A DNA stretch of 64,000 bases from Welwitschia mirabilis (taxonomy: Eukaryota). The notes under the pieces are model-generated. The model saw only the letters and a program-made list of their open reading frames with translations. It was not told the origin of the DNA and made no database searches. This document shows positions 40,880-52,019 of this stretch, piece by piece. Where the stretch lies: the NCBI GenBank assembly GCA_051453625.1, contig JBOZIK010000001.1:23791641-23855640 (forward strand). The letters are read 5' to 3'. How positions within the stretch are numbered: position 1 is the first letter of the stretch; every line of letters begins with the position of its first letter. Position numbers and translations under genes: made by a program.

Positions 40880-43250
40880 CACTCTTATTGAAAACTTCTT
40901 ATTTTCTAAATAACACTCCATCAAACTGGTTCTTGTATCTATAATACAATGTGTTGTTGCACAAAAAGCTCTACCTAGAAGTAAAGGGTAACCACCATTA
41001 TGTTAAACTTCTATAACAACAACATCAATGGGGTATAAATCTTCTTTAATTTAGAGGACTAAATCCTTAATCATGCCTAATGGTTTATTAACAGAGGTAT
41101 TAGCCAATTCTAAAACAATTTGTGTAGGCTTTATTCTATATTCTAATCCAAATCTTTGATAAATTATAAGGGTATAATGTTGACACTACCTTTAATATCA
41201 ATCAAGGCTTTCTTAATTCTTCTATTTTATTCTAAAGTAATACTAAAGATTGCTACCCCTGATCTTTAAACTTTGGATATTTTTGTAAAAGTAAGTTATT
41301 AATGGATTGAGCTAAGAAGACTTTACTAGGAATGGTTCATTTTTGCTTTTTCCTAATTAGGTATTTCCATAATTTAGAATCCTTAGGATTATGTTGCAAA
41401 AGTTTTAAAAATGATAAATTGATACTCATATTTTGCATTAAGGCTTTTAAATGATCATCAAAAATAAGGTTTATGCTTAATCTATCTAATCAAGAGTAGC
41501 AAGTTTCTTATTAGAAAAATTTTTCTTTTTTTTACTTAATGGAAAAAGGAAAGAATGATTTTTTAAGATTTTTATGTTCTTTTCTTCATCATTTTTTTTT
41601 ACTTTATGATGTGAAAGCCTCATAGGTGGGAGGTTTTAGGTTATTTCCATTTCTTATCATTACTTTACAATCTTTCTTAACTTTGTTTGGATTTGGTAAA
41701 AGTTGAGTGGCAATGACCCTTGTGGTCTTTGGTTAGTAAGCATGGTTTGTTGCAAAATACTTATAAGATTTGTGATGTTTGAGTTCATTCTTTCTTGTGT
41801 TTTTCTCAACTCATCAATAGAATTCCTAAGAGAATCACCTTAATTTTTTGAATTAGATAGCTTACTTGATTGTTTGAGTTATTGAATTAGAAATTTATGT
41901 TCTTAAATCTCTTTTTAAATGGTTGGAAGTTAGGATGGTTTGTTTGAAAATTTTTAAAGCTGTGTTATCCACTCATCCGAGGTTGAAAATTGTTGTGATT
42001 TTGGATTTAATTTTTATTTTGATTTTGATTTTGGTTAAAGTTTGAGGACATTTAATTAAAAGCACATACTATCTCATAAATTTTTTCTTTATAAGTTGGA
42101 AGTAAAGGGCACTCTTTTGTAACATGATAGTTATCTTCACACAGATTACAAGTAGAAGTTACATCTACACTCTTTTTGGTTGTCACCTTTGCATTTAAAA
42201 TCATTTGAGTGTATTTTTTCAAAGTTGAGTAAAATCCTTAATGACATTTGATGGTTTATTTTTAGTGCTTATGTCTTCTTTTTCTTATTTAACCTCCTTA
42301 AGATCTTTAATGATTTAACCTGTAGTTTGGTTTTCTGTAGATGAGGATTTAGGACAAGTTTGACTCACTTCTACTAACTCTTCTAACACTTTTTTCTAAG
42401 GTAAGGTTTAAAAAATTTCTTGCATATAAAAAGTCAACTAGTTACTTTATTTGACTACTTAGTCTACTATAAAAGTAGTCTACTAATACTTCCTGAGAAA
42501 AAGCATCTATCGGATTTGAATGTAAAATAACGAAAAATGTCTCATAGGTAGAGGCATAATCTTCATTAGGTAGTTAATAGAAGTTGATTACTTCTTTTTT
42601 ATATTTTCTAATAGTGGTTTCACTTATGAATCTTTTAATGAAGGCTTCTTGAACTTGACTCCATGACTTTGAACTTTTATGAGAAATCATTCTTAATCAA
42701 AGTTTAGTCTTACTTTTTAAAGTGATGGAAAAGATGACCATGTAAGTTCTATTATTTATTCTTTTTTTTTTTACTGTTTCTTGAAGTAAGCACTAATTTT
42801 TCTATATTATCAATGTGTTGTGAAGGACCTTCATCAAGTTCATTACTATAAATAGGATAGGCATTTAGGTTTCTAAGTTCAACATCTTCACCAGGAGGTA
42901 AATTAAAAGGGATTTGGATTTTATATTTCTTAGTAGCAATCAAATCTCTAAGTGTGACATTTGCATTAGGTTTAATAGATGCAGTTGTAGGGATTCCAAT
43001 GACAAGAGGTGAATTAGACGAAGTAGTTTGCTTTTGATTTTGTAATAAGCTAGACATGTTTGGAAATTGAAAACTATTATTAACATAATCTTTTATAAAT
43101 ATTTCTCTTATAAAATCAGACTCTAGAAAAATAGAAGTAGAAATTTTTGAAACTTTTAAACTTTGTGTACCTTTGCTGTGTGTACCCAAGTTAGTTTCAA
43201 AATTGATCAAATATTCTCAAATATTTTCTTCTATAAACAATTGTTCTCTT
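40880..43250 (-). pseudogene. gag and aspartic protease of element C, decayed
   Basis: ORF 42752-43210 (VTLRDLIA...FNLPPGEDVELRNLNAYPIY); protease IKKALIDIKGSVNIIP at ~41175-41220 and GGYPLLLGRAF at ~40965-41000. Confidence 0.9.
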
Positions 43251-43707
43251 TGGTATTTTTCTTTCTTACTAGATTTTACCATACATGTTTAATTTTTTAT
43301 GCACAGAGTACCATCCTTGTAGTTAACTAGATGATAGTCTAAATGATAGAAACACAAAAAACATAAAAAATGAAAAATGTAAAACTGATAGACACAAAAA
43401 ACATATATAGCAGACTTTTATTCACTTAAGTCATCTAGATGATAAAGGAGATGATAGGAAAAAGCTAAAAATTTAAAAAAAAAAAATTAAAAGTTAAAAG
43501 CTCAAGTCATAAAGGTCATCATCACCGCACATTGCTTAGATGATGAAGTAGATGATCAAACTTTTATTTCAAAATAGAAGACTGAAATTCATGAAAAGAA
43601 AACCTATGCTACTATAGCTAAAATTACAATGCTATCATAGGCAAACATCTAAACTGAGATTAAAATACTCATCTAAGAAATGATAATTCTTAAACTCAAA
43701 GTAGCCT

Positions 43708-43725
43708 TCCCTAATAGCTGCACCA
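43708..43725 (-). promoter_or_regulatory. Decayed PBS of element C
   Basis: Minus strand TGGTGCAGCTATTAGGGA followed by AGGCTAC, the same context as the PBS of element B. Confidence 0.75.
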
Positions 43726-43728
43726 AGA

Positions 43729-44795
43729 TGTTATAGTGCATATTTGTGTAAATGATTTAAGCTCAATAAGATCCTATCATTCATAAATAAAATAGATATC
43801 TGCACAGCACAACACACTAATATAGACAAAATTTAACTAAAATGTTCTAATCCATAAAAGACCTAGGTTAGAGAAAGAGAATTATTTTCTATAAGAAAAA
43901 CTTTGTATTCTATCAATAGAAATAAATTGCAATGCAAAAAAGCACCATGAAATACTCTTATGTAAAGTTAATTTATAAATATGAAATAGCAATGCACATA
44001 AACTAATAATGCTCAATCTTAACAAATGTTTCACTTATAACCTATATCACTCAAGAAACTATCATTAAATCAAAAGCAATATAAGATATTATAGATAAGA
44101 ACAACAAAAATAAGAATAAGAAAATGAATTTTTATATTACTTGAACTACATCTATGTTACAAAGTAGTCGCATCTCAATGGAGAAAGCATAATCCAACAC
44201 TAAGGAAGATGCCTCTCTACAACTACAAGGATGGATCTTTAGCCCTTCAATCTCTTGTCATGAGAATTTTCAATGCAAATGAAGATAATATGGACTTGAG
44301 GATGAAATCAGTACTTATTAATATAAATAAGATAGATAGGCATGAATACAACCCTAATAGTCATGACAAAGGAACATACAAACAAGTGGAAAAATTTAGG
44401 TAAATGTTAATGGATGTGATCTAGCTAATTGTTCAGATGATATAGGGAATGATGCCACCTAATAAATATTTCATGTTACTACCAGATTAATCACAGTCAG
44501 CATTCTTATTGGCCTTAACTATTCTATTGTCCGTACTATTATCCAAATGATTAGGTGAACGATGAGCTTCTACAAGTGTTCATCTAATGCATTTAGCGTC
44601 AATGTTTGCAAGAAGTTTATTTCAAAATTAAGAAGCATTAGAAACTACTCTAAATAATTCAAAATATCATGAAGATTGTGTGTTTTTGTCTCTTTCATCT
44701 TAGCTCTTCATTATCATATAAATCTAGCAAATACCTATATGATATCCTACTACTCAAAATACTCTATCAAATATACATAAGTTGGTAGCATAACA
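43729..44795 (-). repeat. 5' LTR of element C
   Basis: TGTTATAG...CATAACA; pairs with 31796-32892. Confidence 0.92.
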
Positions 44796-45919
44796 GTGAC
44801 TCTTTAAGGCATTTCTAAATAAAAGTCTTAAAAGGTTAAATAAAGAATAAAAAAGCTCATTATCATTTTAGAATTTTACCCTTTTTTGAATTNNNNNNNN
44901 NNNNNNNNNNNNNNNNNNNNNNNNNNNNNNNNNNNNNNNNNNNNNNNNNNNNNNNNNNNNNNNNNNNNNNNNNNNNNNNNNNNNNNNNNNNNNNNNNNNN
45001 NNNNNNNNNNNNNNNNNNNNNNNNNNNNNNNNNNNNNNNNNNNNNNNNNNNNNNNNNNNNNNNNNNNNNNNNNNNNNNNNNNNNNNNNNNNNNNNNNNNN
45101 NNNNNNNNNNNNNNNNNNNNNNNNNNNNNNNNNNNNNNNNNNNNNNNNNNNNNNNNNNNNNNNNNNNNNNNNNNNNNNNNNNNNNNNNNNNNNNNNNNNN
45201 NNNNNNNNNNNNNNNNNNNNNNNNNNNNNNNNNNNNNNNNNNNNNNNNNNNNNNNNNNNNNNNNNNNNNNNNNNNNNNNNNNNNNNNNNNNNNNNNNNNN
45301 NNNNNNNNNNNNNNNNNNNNNNNNNNNNNNNNNNNNNNNNNNNNNNNNNNNNNNNNNNNNNNNNNNNNNNNNNNNNNNNNNNNNNNNNNNNNNNNNNNNN
45401 NNNNNNNNNNNNNNNNNNNNNNNNNNNNNNNNNNNNNNNNNNNNNNNNNNNNNNNNNNNNNNNNNNNNNNNNNNNNNNNNNNNNNNNNNNNNNNNNNNNN
45501 NNNNNNNNNNNNNNNNNNNNNNNNNNNNNNNNNNNNNNNNNNNNNNNNNNNNNNNNNNNNNNNNNNNNNNNNNNNNNNNNNNNNNNNNNNNNNNNNNNNN
45601 NNNNNNNNNNNNNNNNNNTTTTTTGAATTGAAATTGTAGGATTAAATACTTTTTGCATTCTTTCTTAGTTGAATTAGTTTCTTACTTGTGTTATAGAGAT
45701 GATCCAAATTAGATTGTTTTGAGTATCTATCCTTAGAAAATTGCTTATGTATATGCTTTTGTTTAATGATTAATTGTTTTAGGTGGCTTGTCTTATTGAA
45801 TACTATTGTGAAATTATTTCTACATCTGATGTTTCATATTGGGCTTCTTTAGCCTCTGGGAACTAGGCTTGAAATAAACTAGGATTTGGAATTTATTTTA
45901 GAGTTTAATCATTTGTGAG

Positions 45920-48900
45920 GAAAATGCAGAAGAAGTGGTAGGATGAAGGATATGATAAATGCTACAGTGAAAGAATTGGATTTGAGCTTGTATTTGTCCC
46001 TCATAGGATCCATTATGAGATCAAAGGATAAAGGGAAGATGACATTTCTTATATGAATCCCATCTAAGAATTTGCAACCTTGTTTCAAAGAACCTATTTA
46101 GAAAGTATTTTGAAAAGCACCACCAGCAGTGCCTCTATTTCATCAAATGTTACAGGATCTTTGATTCTTAATTGACTAAATGAGATTAATATTTAGATTT
46201 TTGTGATTACTTCTCATGTTAAACCAATTACTATAATGTCAACTTGACCTATAAACAATCCCCATGTTTAGCAAGAATATGAATGATATCAAAGAAAAGA
46301 TTGTAAAACAAAAACATGAAGGATTGTATAAGTTATGCTTCCATAATAGATTTTTAGCCCCTGAAAAAATCTCTTTTGACATATGTGTTGGACATATTCC
46401 CAATGATCACAACCTTGCTAAGGATAAACATGTTTCATCTATAAGCATAAAAATAGCACAATCAAGAAAGGAATTGGAATCTATCTAATCCAAGCAACAA
46501 TATCTTAAAGCTTGAGATGCTTGAAACTTTCATATAAATGAAAGAGCTCATTGCTAGATCTCTTTCATATTTTTGCTAAATATGTTGTATTAATTATAAT
46601 TAGTGCTCCTTAAACAACAACATCAAACTTATTTACACTTAGATTGAAGACAAAGAGGTAGTGTTACTTAGAAAAGAAGATAACATAAGAACAAGGGAGA
46701 CACCTTGTATTTTAGAAAGAAATATAGATCGACATTCATAGAGAAAGTAATAAAAGAAAGTAAAAAATATGATTAAAAAAACCAAGAAAAATTTTATTTT
46801 TCTAAAGAGAAAGTAAGAGAGACATCAATACCAAATGAAGGATCACCAAAAGTCCATCATCAAATTTCTTGCATTTTTAGATACCCAGTGAATCTATACT
46901 CTTCCATTGCATTGAATCTATTCCTACATTACTTTAAATATCTTTAAGTCTTATTGTTAGTGTTTTATTTTTAACACCATTTCCATTATGTCACTAGGTT
47001 TAAATTATTACTTCTAAATCTAAAGAATAACCTTGCTATTTATAATTTTATGATATTATCTATAAATTTACTATTACATTTTCAAATTTAGTTTCAAAGG
47101 GGAAAAGAGAAAATATTTTTAATAATCAGTCCATTTAAATTTAATTTCATTTTTAATTATCTTATAAACATTCTACAACTAGAAATCCCACCTCACTCCA
47201 ACTACATATTCATGACAATAGAATTGAAGCCATGTCCAATTATTATAGGTAGTACATAGTAGCAGAGTAAAGGTTCTTCATTGTGTAAAAGGGAATTCCA
47301 TGATGCTATATTAGTTGACTAGCTTCCTTAACTATTTTAAAAATGTTATAAGACAATCACAAATGTAGATAATAGCACCTAGCTAGGAGTGCAAATGAAA
47401 AAAACTTGAATCACCTGCCTCTTAATCAACATAACTATGTTAAATTTATGTGGGTAATCTCAAGAGGTTTTTATCCTTTTAGCCTAATCCTTTAAGTTTG
47501 AATCCAATTGTGCAAGAGTAATTGGTCTTTATTCATTCTCTAGAAATTGATTTCTCACTCCATGTAGTTGTGATATTGTTTGGTAAATACATCATGGCCC
47601 CCATGTAAACTAAATTTAATCTTTTATCACATACTTCCTATGTATTAACTAAATGTAAAAAAATATGCATGTGTAAAAATAAAAATGCAATAAGAAGCAT
47701 TAGACAACCAACAATAGTGCATTGATCTACTTTATTTTAGTTTCACTTAAACATTGAGTTCATAGAGTGCACCTTTGTACAAAAGAAATAAGATCATGAT
47801 AATTTCATCTTACATTTTCAATGTAATTAATATTATATTGAGAATCTGTATTGCTTGAAATTGCTTAAGAAAATATTATACTAATTTATATTAAAATATC
47901 CTCAAAAGAGAGATCTATTTGGAGTCACTTATGTAGATCAATACCTAATCATCAATAAAGAATTACATGTGTATCATAATTTGTTCTTCAAACTAATTTT
48001 CCTATAGTAACAATTTATGCATAAATCCTAGAGTTCAAATTAAGGAAGGAGCCTTCATATAGTAAATCAATTAAAGTAAGAAGTATAGGATCTTGTAATA
48101 GAATCAATTTATATTATAATTAAAAACAATCAATACTAAGAGCATAAAAAATTCTTGGGAAAAGCATATGTATAACCTTACTTATTAATGAAGATATGAA
48201 TGCTTATCATAAATTATTACATCTAGAGTGACATGCTCTCTTAACTGCAAAAAGTGTCTCTTTCATAATGGTAGTAGAATGTTAACCGAAGTGATGATGA
48301 ATCATGGATGATTTAGAGGTATAAAAAGATGTAAGAATATCAATCAAAAATAGCATAAGAGTAGGTGCAACCATGACTTGAGCTAGCTTCTAACCTAAAT
48401 GTCACTACAAATCCACTGATGAATGTTTCCACCATTTTAACAATTTTTGATACTTACAAACAAACATGAAGATAATTAATCATCATTATCAATAATATTT
48501 TAAGCATGTACCTTGAAATTACTACCTCCATTTTTAGGCTTAGTTAAAACACTCATGTAAGAGAAAAGGCTAGTAGAGCAATGGAATTCAGTAATTAATT
48601 TAACCAAATTCAATCTTTAAAAAGAAAGTAGTTCTTCCAAGAAGATAACTTATGAGAAACTATATTGATAACATCTATTCTAGATTCTAAAGGGATGTTT
48701 ATAAATAAATATAAAGTATTATAAAAGTTTCTACTTTATAGCCTCTACCCTAACTATCATAAAAGGCTGAATTAGTCTTAAATAGAAGGTAAGACTAGTA
48801 ATTATTTAAAAATTATACCTTCCAATGATCAAGACTTAAAACCTTATGATTTAATAAGAAAAAGAAATTTTTATGAATATCACCTGAAGAGGGAGACTTA

Positions 48901-49250
48901 TTCATGGCTTCTTGATAAGCTTTATTAATTACTTTATAAGTAAATATGAATAGAAACTAATTATCTGCATGATCATTTTGGAGTAATTCATAGCCTTTTA
49001 GAGGGGATAAGACATGTTAATATGTTAAGGTTATGGCTGCTTATCTTTTCTAGTAACCTTTATAAATAAGATTCTAGAATATTCATTAATGTAATCTCTG
49101 TACATCTTCAAGATCTCATTATGGATAATGACACCAATATTTGTAAAGTTTCATATGCATCTGAAGTTTCTCTTAACCATCTCTATTAATATTGATTACT
49201 TTATTATAGTGATAGATCTTGGTGATTAAGTTTTATGCATTATGCAAATC
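45920..49250 (-). pseudogene. Highly decayed PPR-like (PLS-type?) coding remnant, split by a probable solo LTR
   Basis: Scattered minus-strand peptides with PPR-like pattern: ILIEMVKRNFR..NIGVIIHNEILKMY (~49100-49190), YTCNSLLM (~47950-47975), NIASWNSLL (~47285-47312), IIGHGFNS, MRDKYKLKSNSFTVAFII (~45950-46004); many frameshifts. Confidence 0.4.
46265..47170. mobile_element. Probable solo LTR
   Basis: TGTTTA...TAAACA inverted termini; flanks CCCCA / TTCTA differ only by C>T; interrupts the PPR-like reading. Confidence 0.45.
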
Positions 49251-51842
49251 AAATGATATGGACAATTTCACTCTAAGAGTGCATACATTATCATATTACT
49301 TCAATAGCTCATCCACCTATGTGAGCACATAAAAGTTGTATAACTTTTGATTGAACTTTTCTTTTGGCATAAATAAAATCGCCAACATGCAGTAAGTGGA
49401 AATGCTTTAAATTATGCAAGAATCCATAAATAAAAAATCTAGAAAAATAAAAAAAATTCCTATGAATAAGGAATAGAAATTAAGAAAGCACATACAATTG
49501 ACTTGATTTGTGAATAGAAGGAATCAGTGAAGTTAGGCTTGTTCACTTCTTTGAACCTAATATCACTATCTACTGGATAGATTTAATCATGCTCAAAAAC
49601 GTAGCAAGTGGTAAAGTTTATGAGAAAACCTCCATTTTCCTTCTAGATATTAGCTTAATGTAGAAAATTCATACCAAAGAAAGATTTTAAAAAAAACAAA
49701 TTGGTACCAAAGCATAGATTAGCAACACTACTTTTGCAATCCCAAAATTCTTAAATTTGAGTTTCCTATTGGGGTTTATAAAGGGATATCCAACAACATG
49801 ATCCATTTGAACTAATAAAAATTACACTCCTATAATATTAATATTGCAAAAATTATTGAGTTGGGGGAAGTTCCTAAATAATAGAGGATTATAGGTTTCA
49901 AACCAAATTAGACATATATAATAGAGGATTGCACACCTTACCAAAATGGAGTCTTCATATTTAAAATACATCAATTACTAGATTATCTTTAGCTTCCCCT
50001 TTCCATTACATTTTTGACAACTGATCAAGAATAAGTGTGTTTTAATCTAAACATATATCAAAATGGAAAACTCTTCCAAAGTTTGTTAGGAACGTGAGAA
50101 GCTCCAAACTATAAACCGTGAAAATAAACACTAGTACAAGTTCTTGTTTCAATTCAAGATTTAATTTTTGTAGCATAGCCATATTACAATGAGTTAAGTC
50201 ATGAAATGATCAATTCTCAAACTGCTACTAAAGTAAAAAATAGATAACATAGGTACAATACATTAAGATTTGTAATTCTTAACACACATTTTGATCTAGA
50301 TCTCAACTTCAAAGAAGTTATATTAATGCCTTTAGAATAAAAAGCTAAAATTACATAGTAGTGTTTAGAGTGGTATTAGTTGGAAGATGCTACTAGTCAA
50401 AGGACCAATAGTAGATAGGATGCTAAAGAGAGAGGTAGAAAAATGTTGATAGTTAAATGGACTGAAAAAGAAAGGTGCATAAGAAAAACAAGGGAGATCA
50501 CAATGATTAGAACATATCACATCTAGAAGAAATAGAGAAGCACAAAAGTTGAGAAATAGTTTAGCTCCTTATAGGATGAGTGATAAGAAAACTAGTTACC
50601 ATGGAGTATCACAATAGAAGATGCCAGAGGTAATACTATAGAAAAGACAACAGTTAATAAGCAAGGATCACAAAAAGAAGATCAGCTTAAGGAGATAGGG
50701 ATAAACATCAAATAGTTAAAGCTAATCCAAAGTAAGGAAGCCTTTGAAAATAAGAAGGAGTCCATCAAAACAAGAAAAGGTAGTAACAAAGAGAGAGTTG
50801 GAATCCTAAACAAGGGAGGCATAATACAATAGAATGTGAAACAAAAAAACAGGTGCTATAAGAAGATAGGCAGATAAGAACACCAAGGGATAGGGTGCTA
50901 GTAATAGATTCTACAAGGTGAACAGAGAGCCCATCAAATGATGCACTTTTATGCAAGCAAGGAATAAATGCATAACTTATGCATGTTCAACTTGCAGAGG
51001 AGATAGAGAAGTGAGAAAATCAGTAATCATTATGATAAGAATCTAAATAAAAAAACATTTATATGTTCAAATAATATTCAAGCAAGTTTAAAAAACAAGA
51101 AGACAAATGTAAACATACCCATTTTTAATGCTTTCTAGGTTTATATCATCCAGTTCTTTCAGAATTTGCCTTTGGCAAAGGGCACTTAGCTTAATAAGTT
51201 ATGCTTATTCTTCCCTAAAATTAGACCACTCAAGTAGCTTTTATGTAAACATGATTTCATAAAGAGGATTTTTTATTTCTATCTAAAACTAGCTCAATTT
51301 CTTTAGTTTTCTTATAATGTTTTATCTTGACATGTGTTTCACTCTCAAAACTTATTAAATCTCTACACTGACAATATGCCAAAAAAAAAAACCTATAATT
51401 CTTTCCTCTGAGCCCATTTTCTTAGTTGCAATAAAGTAAGTATTCAATAAATTTTCCATTATGACCAAAAAATCCAACTTGAGGACTCACTCGCGCTTAG
51501 TCAAGTTGCAAAACAAAAGCGTAAATGAAAATCGAAGCTCTTCATTTTAGAATGAAATTTAAATCCATCAGAAGTATAAAGTACAAAACATAAGCAGGAA
51601 TGAAAATTAAAGGAAATAAAGTACTTTTTCCTTAAAGTAGAAGTTTACATTAAGGTATTTAAATATGAATGCATTATTAGTTATTATTTGAAGGTGTTTG
51701 TTTCTTATAACCATCTTAAAAAGAATTCAAACTCTACTATTAAGATGTTTCTAAATAAACATGTCTTAAAAAGGTATTTTTTAACTTTTTATTTAAGAAA
51801 TTTTTTAAAACAAATTCCTTAATAGATTAAATTCTAATAGTG

Positions 51843-51946
51843 GCCTTTAAATAAGGATAATTAATCATTAGACTAAAAGCTTAATATACTTAATATTCAT
51901 GTAAATAAAGTTTATAAAATATGAAATATGACATCCTCCCCCACTT
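51843..51946 (-). repeat. PPT (51934-51946) and first ~90 bp of the 3' LTR of element E
   Basis: Minus strand AAGTGGGGGAGGA-TGTCATA; the LTR is cut at the CACTA terminus at 51842. Confidence 0.75.
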
Positions 51947-52019
51947 GGACTAATTTACTCTTTTGAATTAAGATACATAAAGAGATAAAGAAAACTTAAC
52001 TATATATTATAAGATTTAA

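Larger units (their letters stand above)
31796..44795 (-). mobile_element. Element C: full-length decayed Athila retrotransposon (13.0 kb)
   Basis: LTRs at 31796-32892 and 43729-44795; perfect TSD GTGAC at 31791-31795 and 44796-44800; PBS, gag-PR-RT-RH-INT, ORF2 and PPT all present. Confidence 0.95.
31633..51842. mobile_element. CACTA (En/Spm)-like DNA transposon, apparently non-autonomous, interrupted by element C
   Basis: Inverted subterminal motifs ttttaaggcattt / aaatgccttaaaa at 31655-31790, resuming at 44801-44835 and recurring at 51650-51825; right terminus ...TTCTAATAGTG (TAGTG at 51838-51842 is the reverse complement of CACTA); left TIR presumably in the gap 31533-31632; no transposase seen. 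Confidence 0.6.

Noticed and set aside
46827..46845. 19-bp exact match AATACCAAATGAAGGATCA to 13567-13585 (PBS-LTR junction)
   Set aside because: The flanks share no similarity, so I cannot distinguish chance from a tiny relic
50084..51115. Second solo LTR candidate starting TGTTAGG
   Set aside because: The AAGTT/AGTTT flanks are one base out of register with TG...CA ends and there is no partner copy in the window
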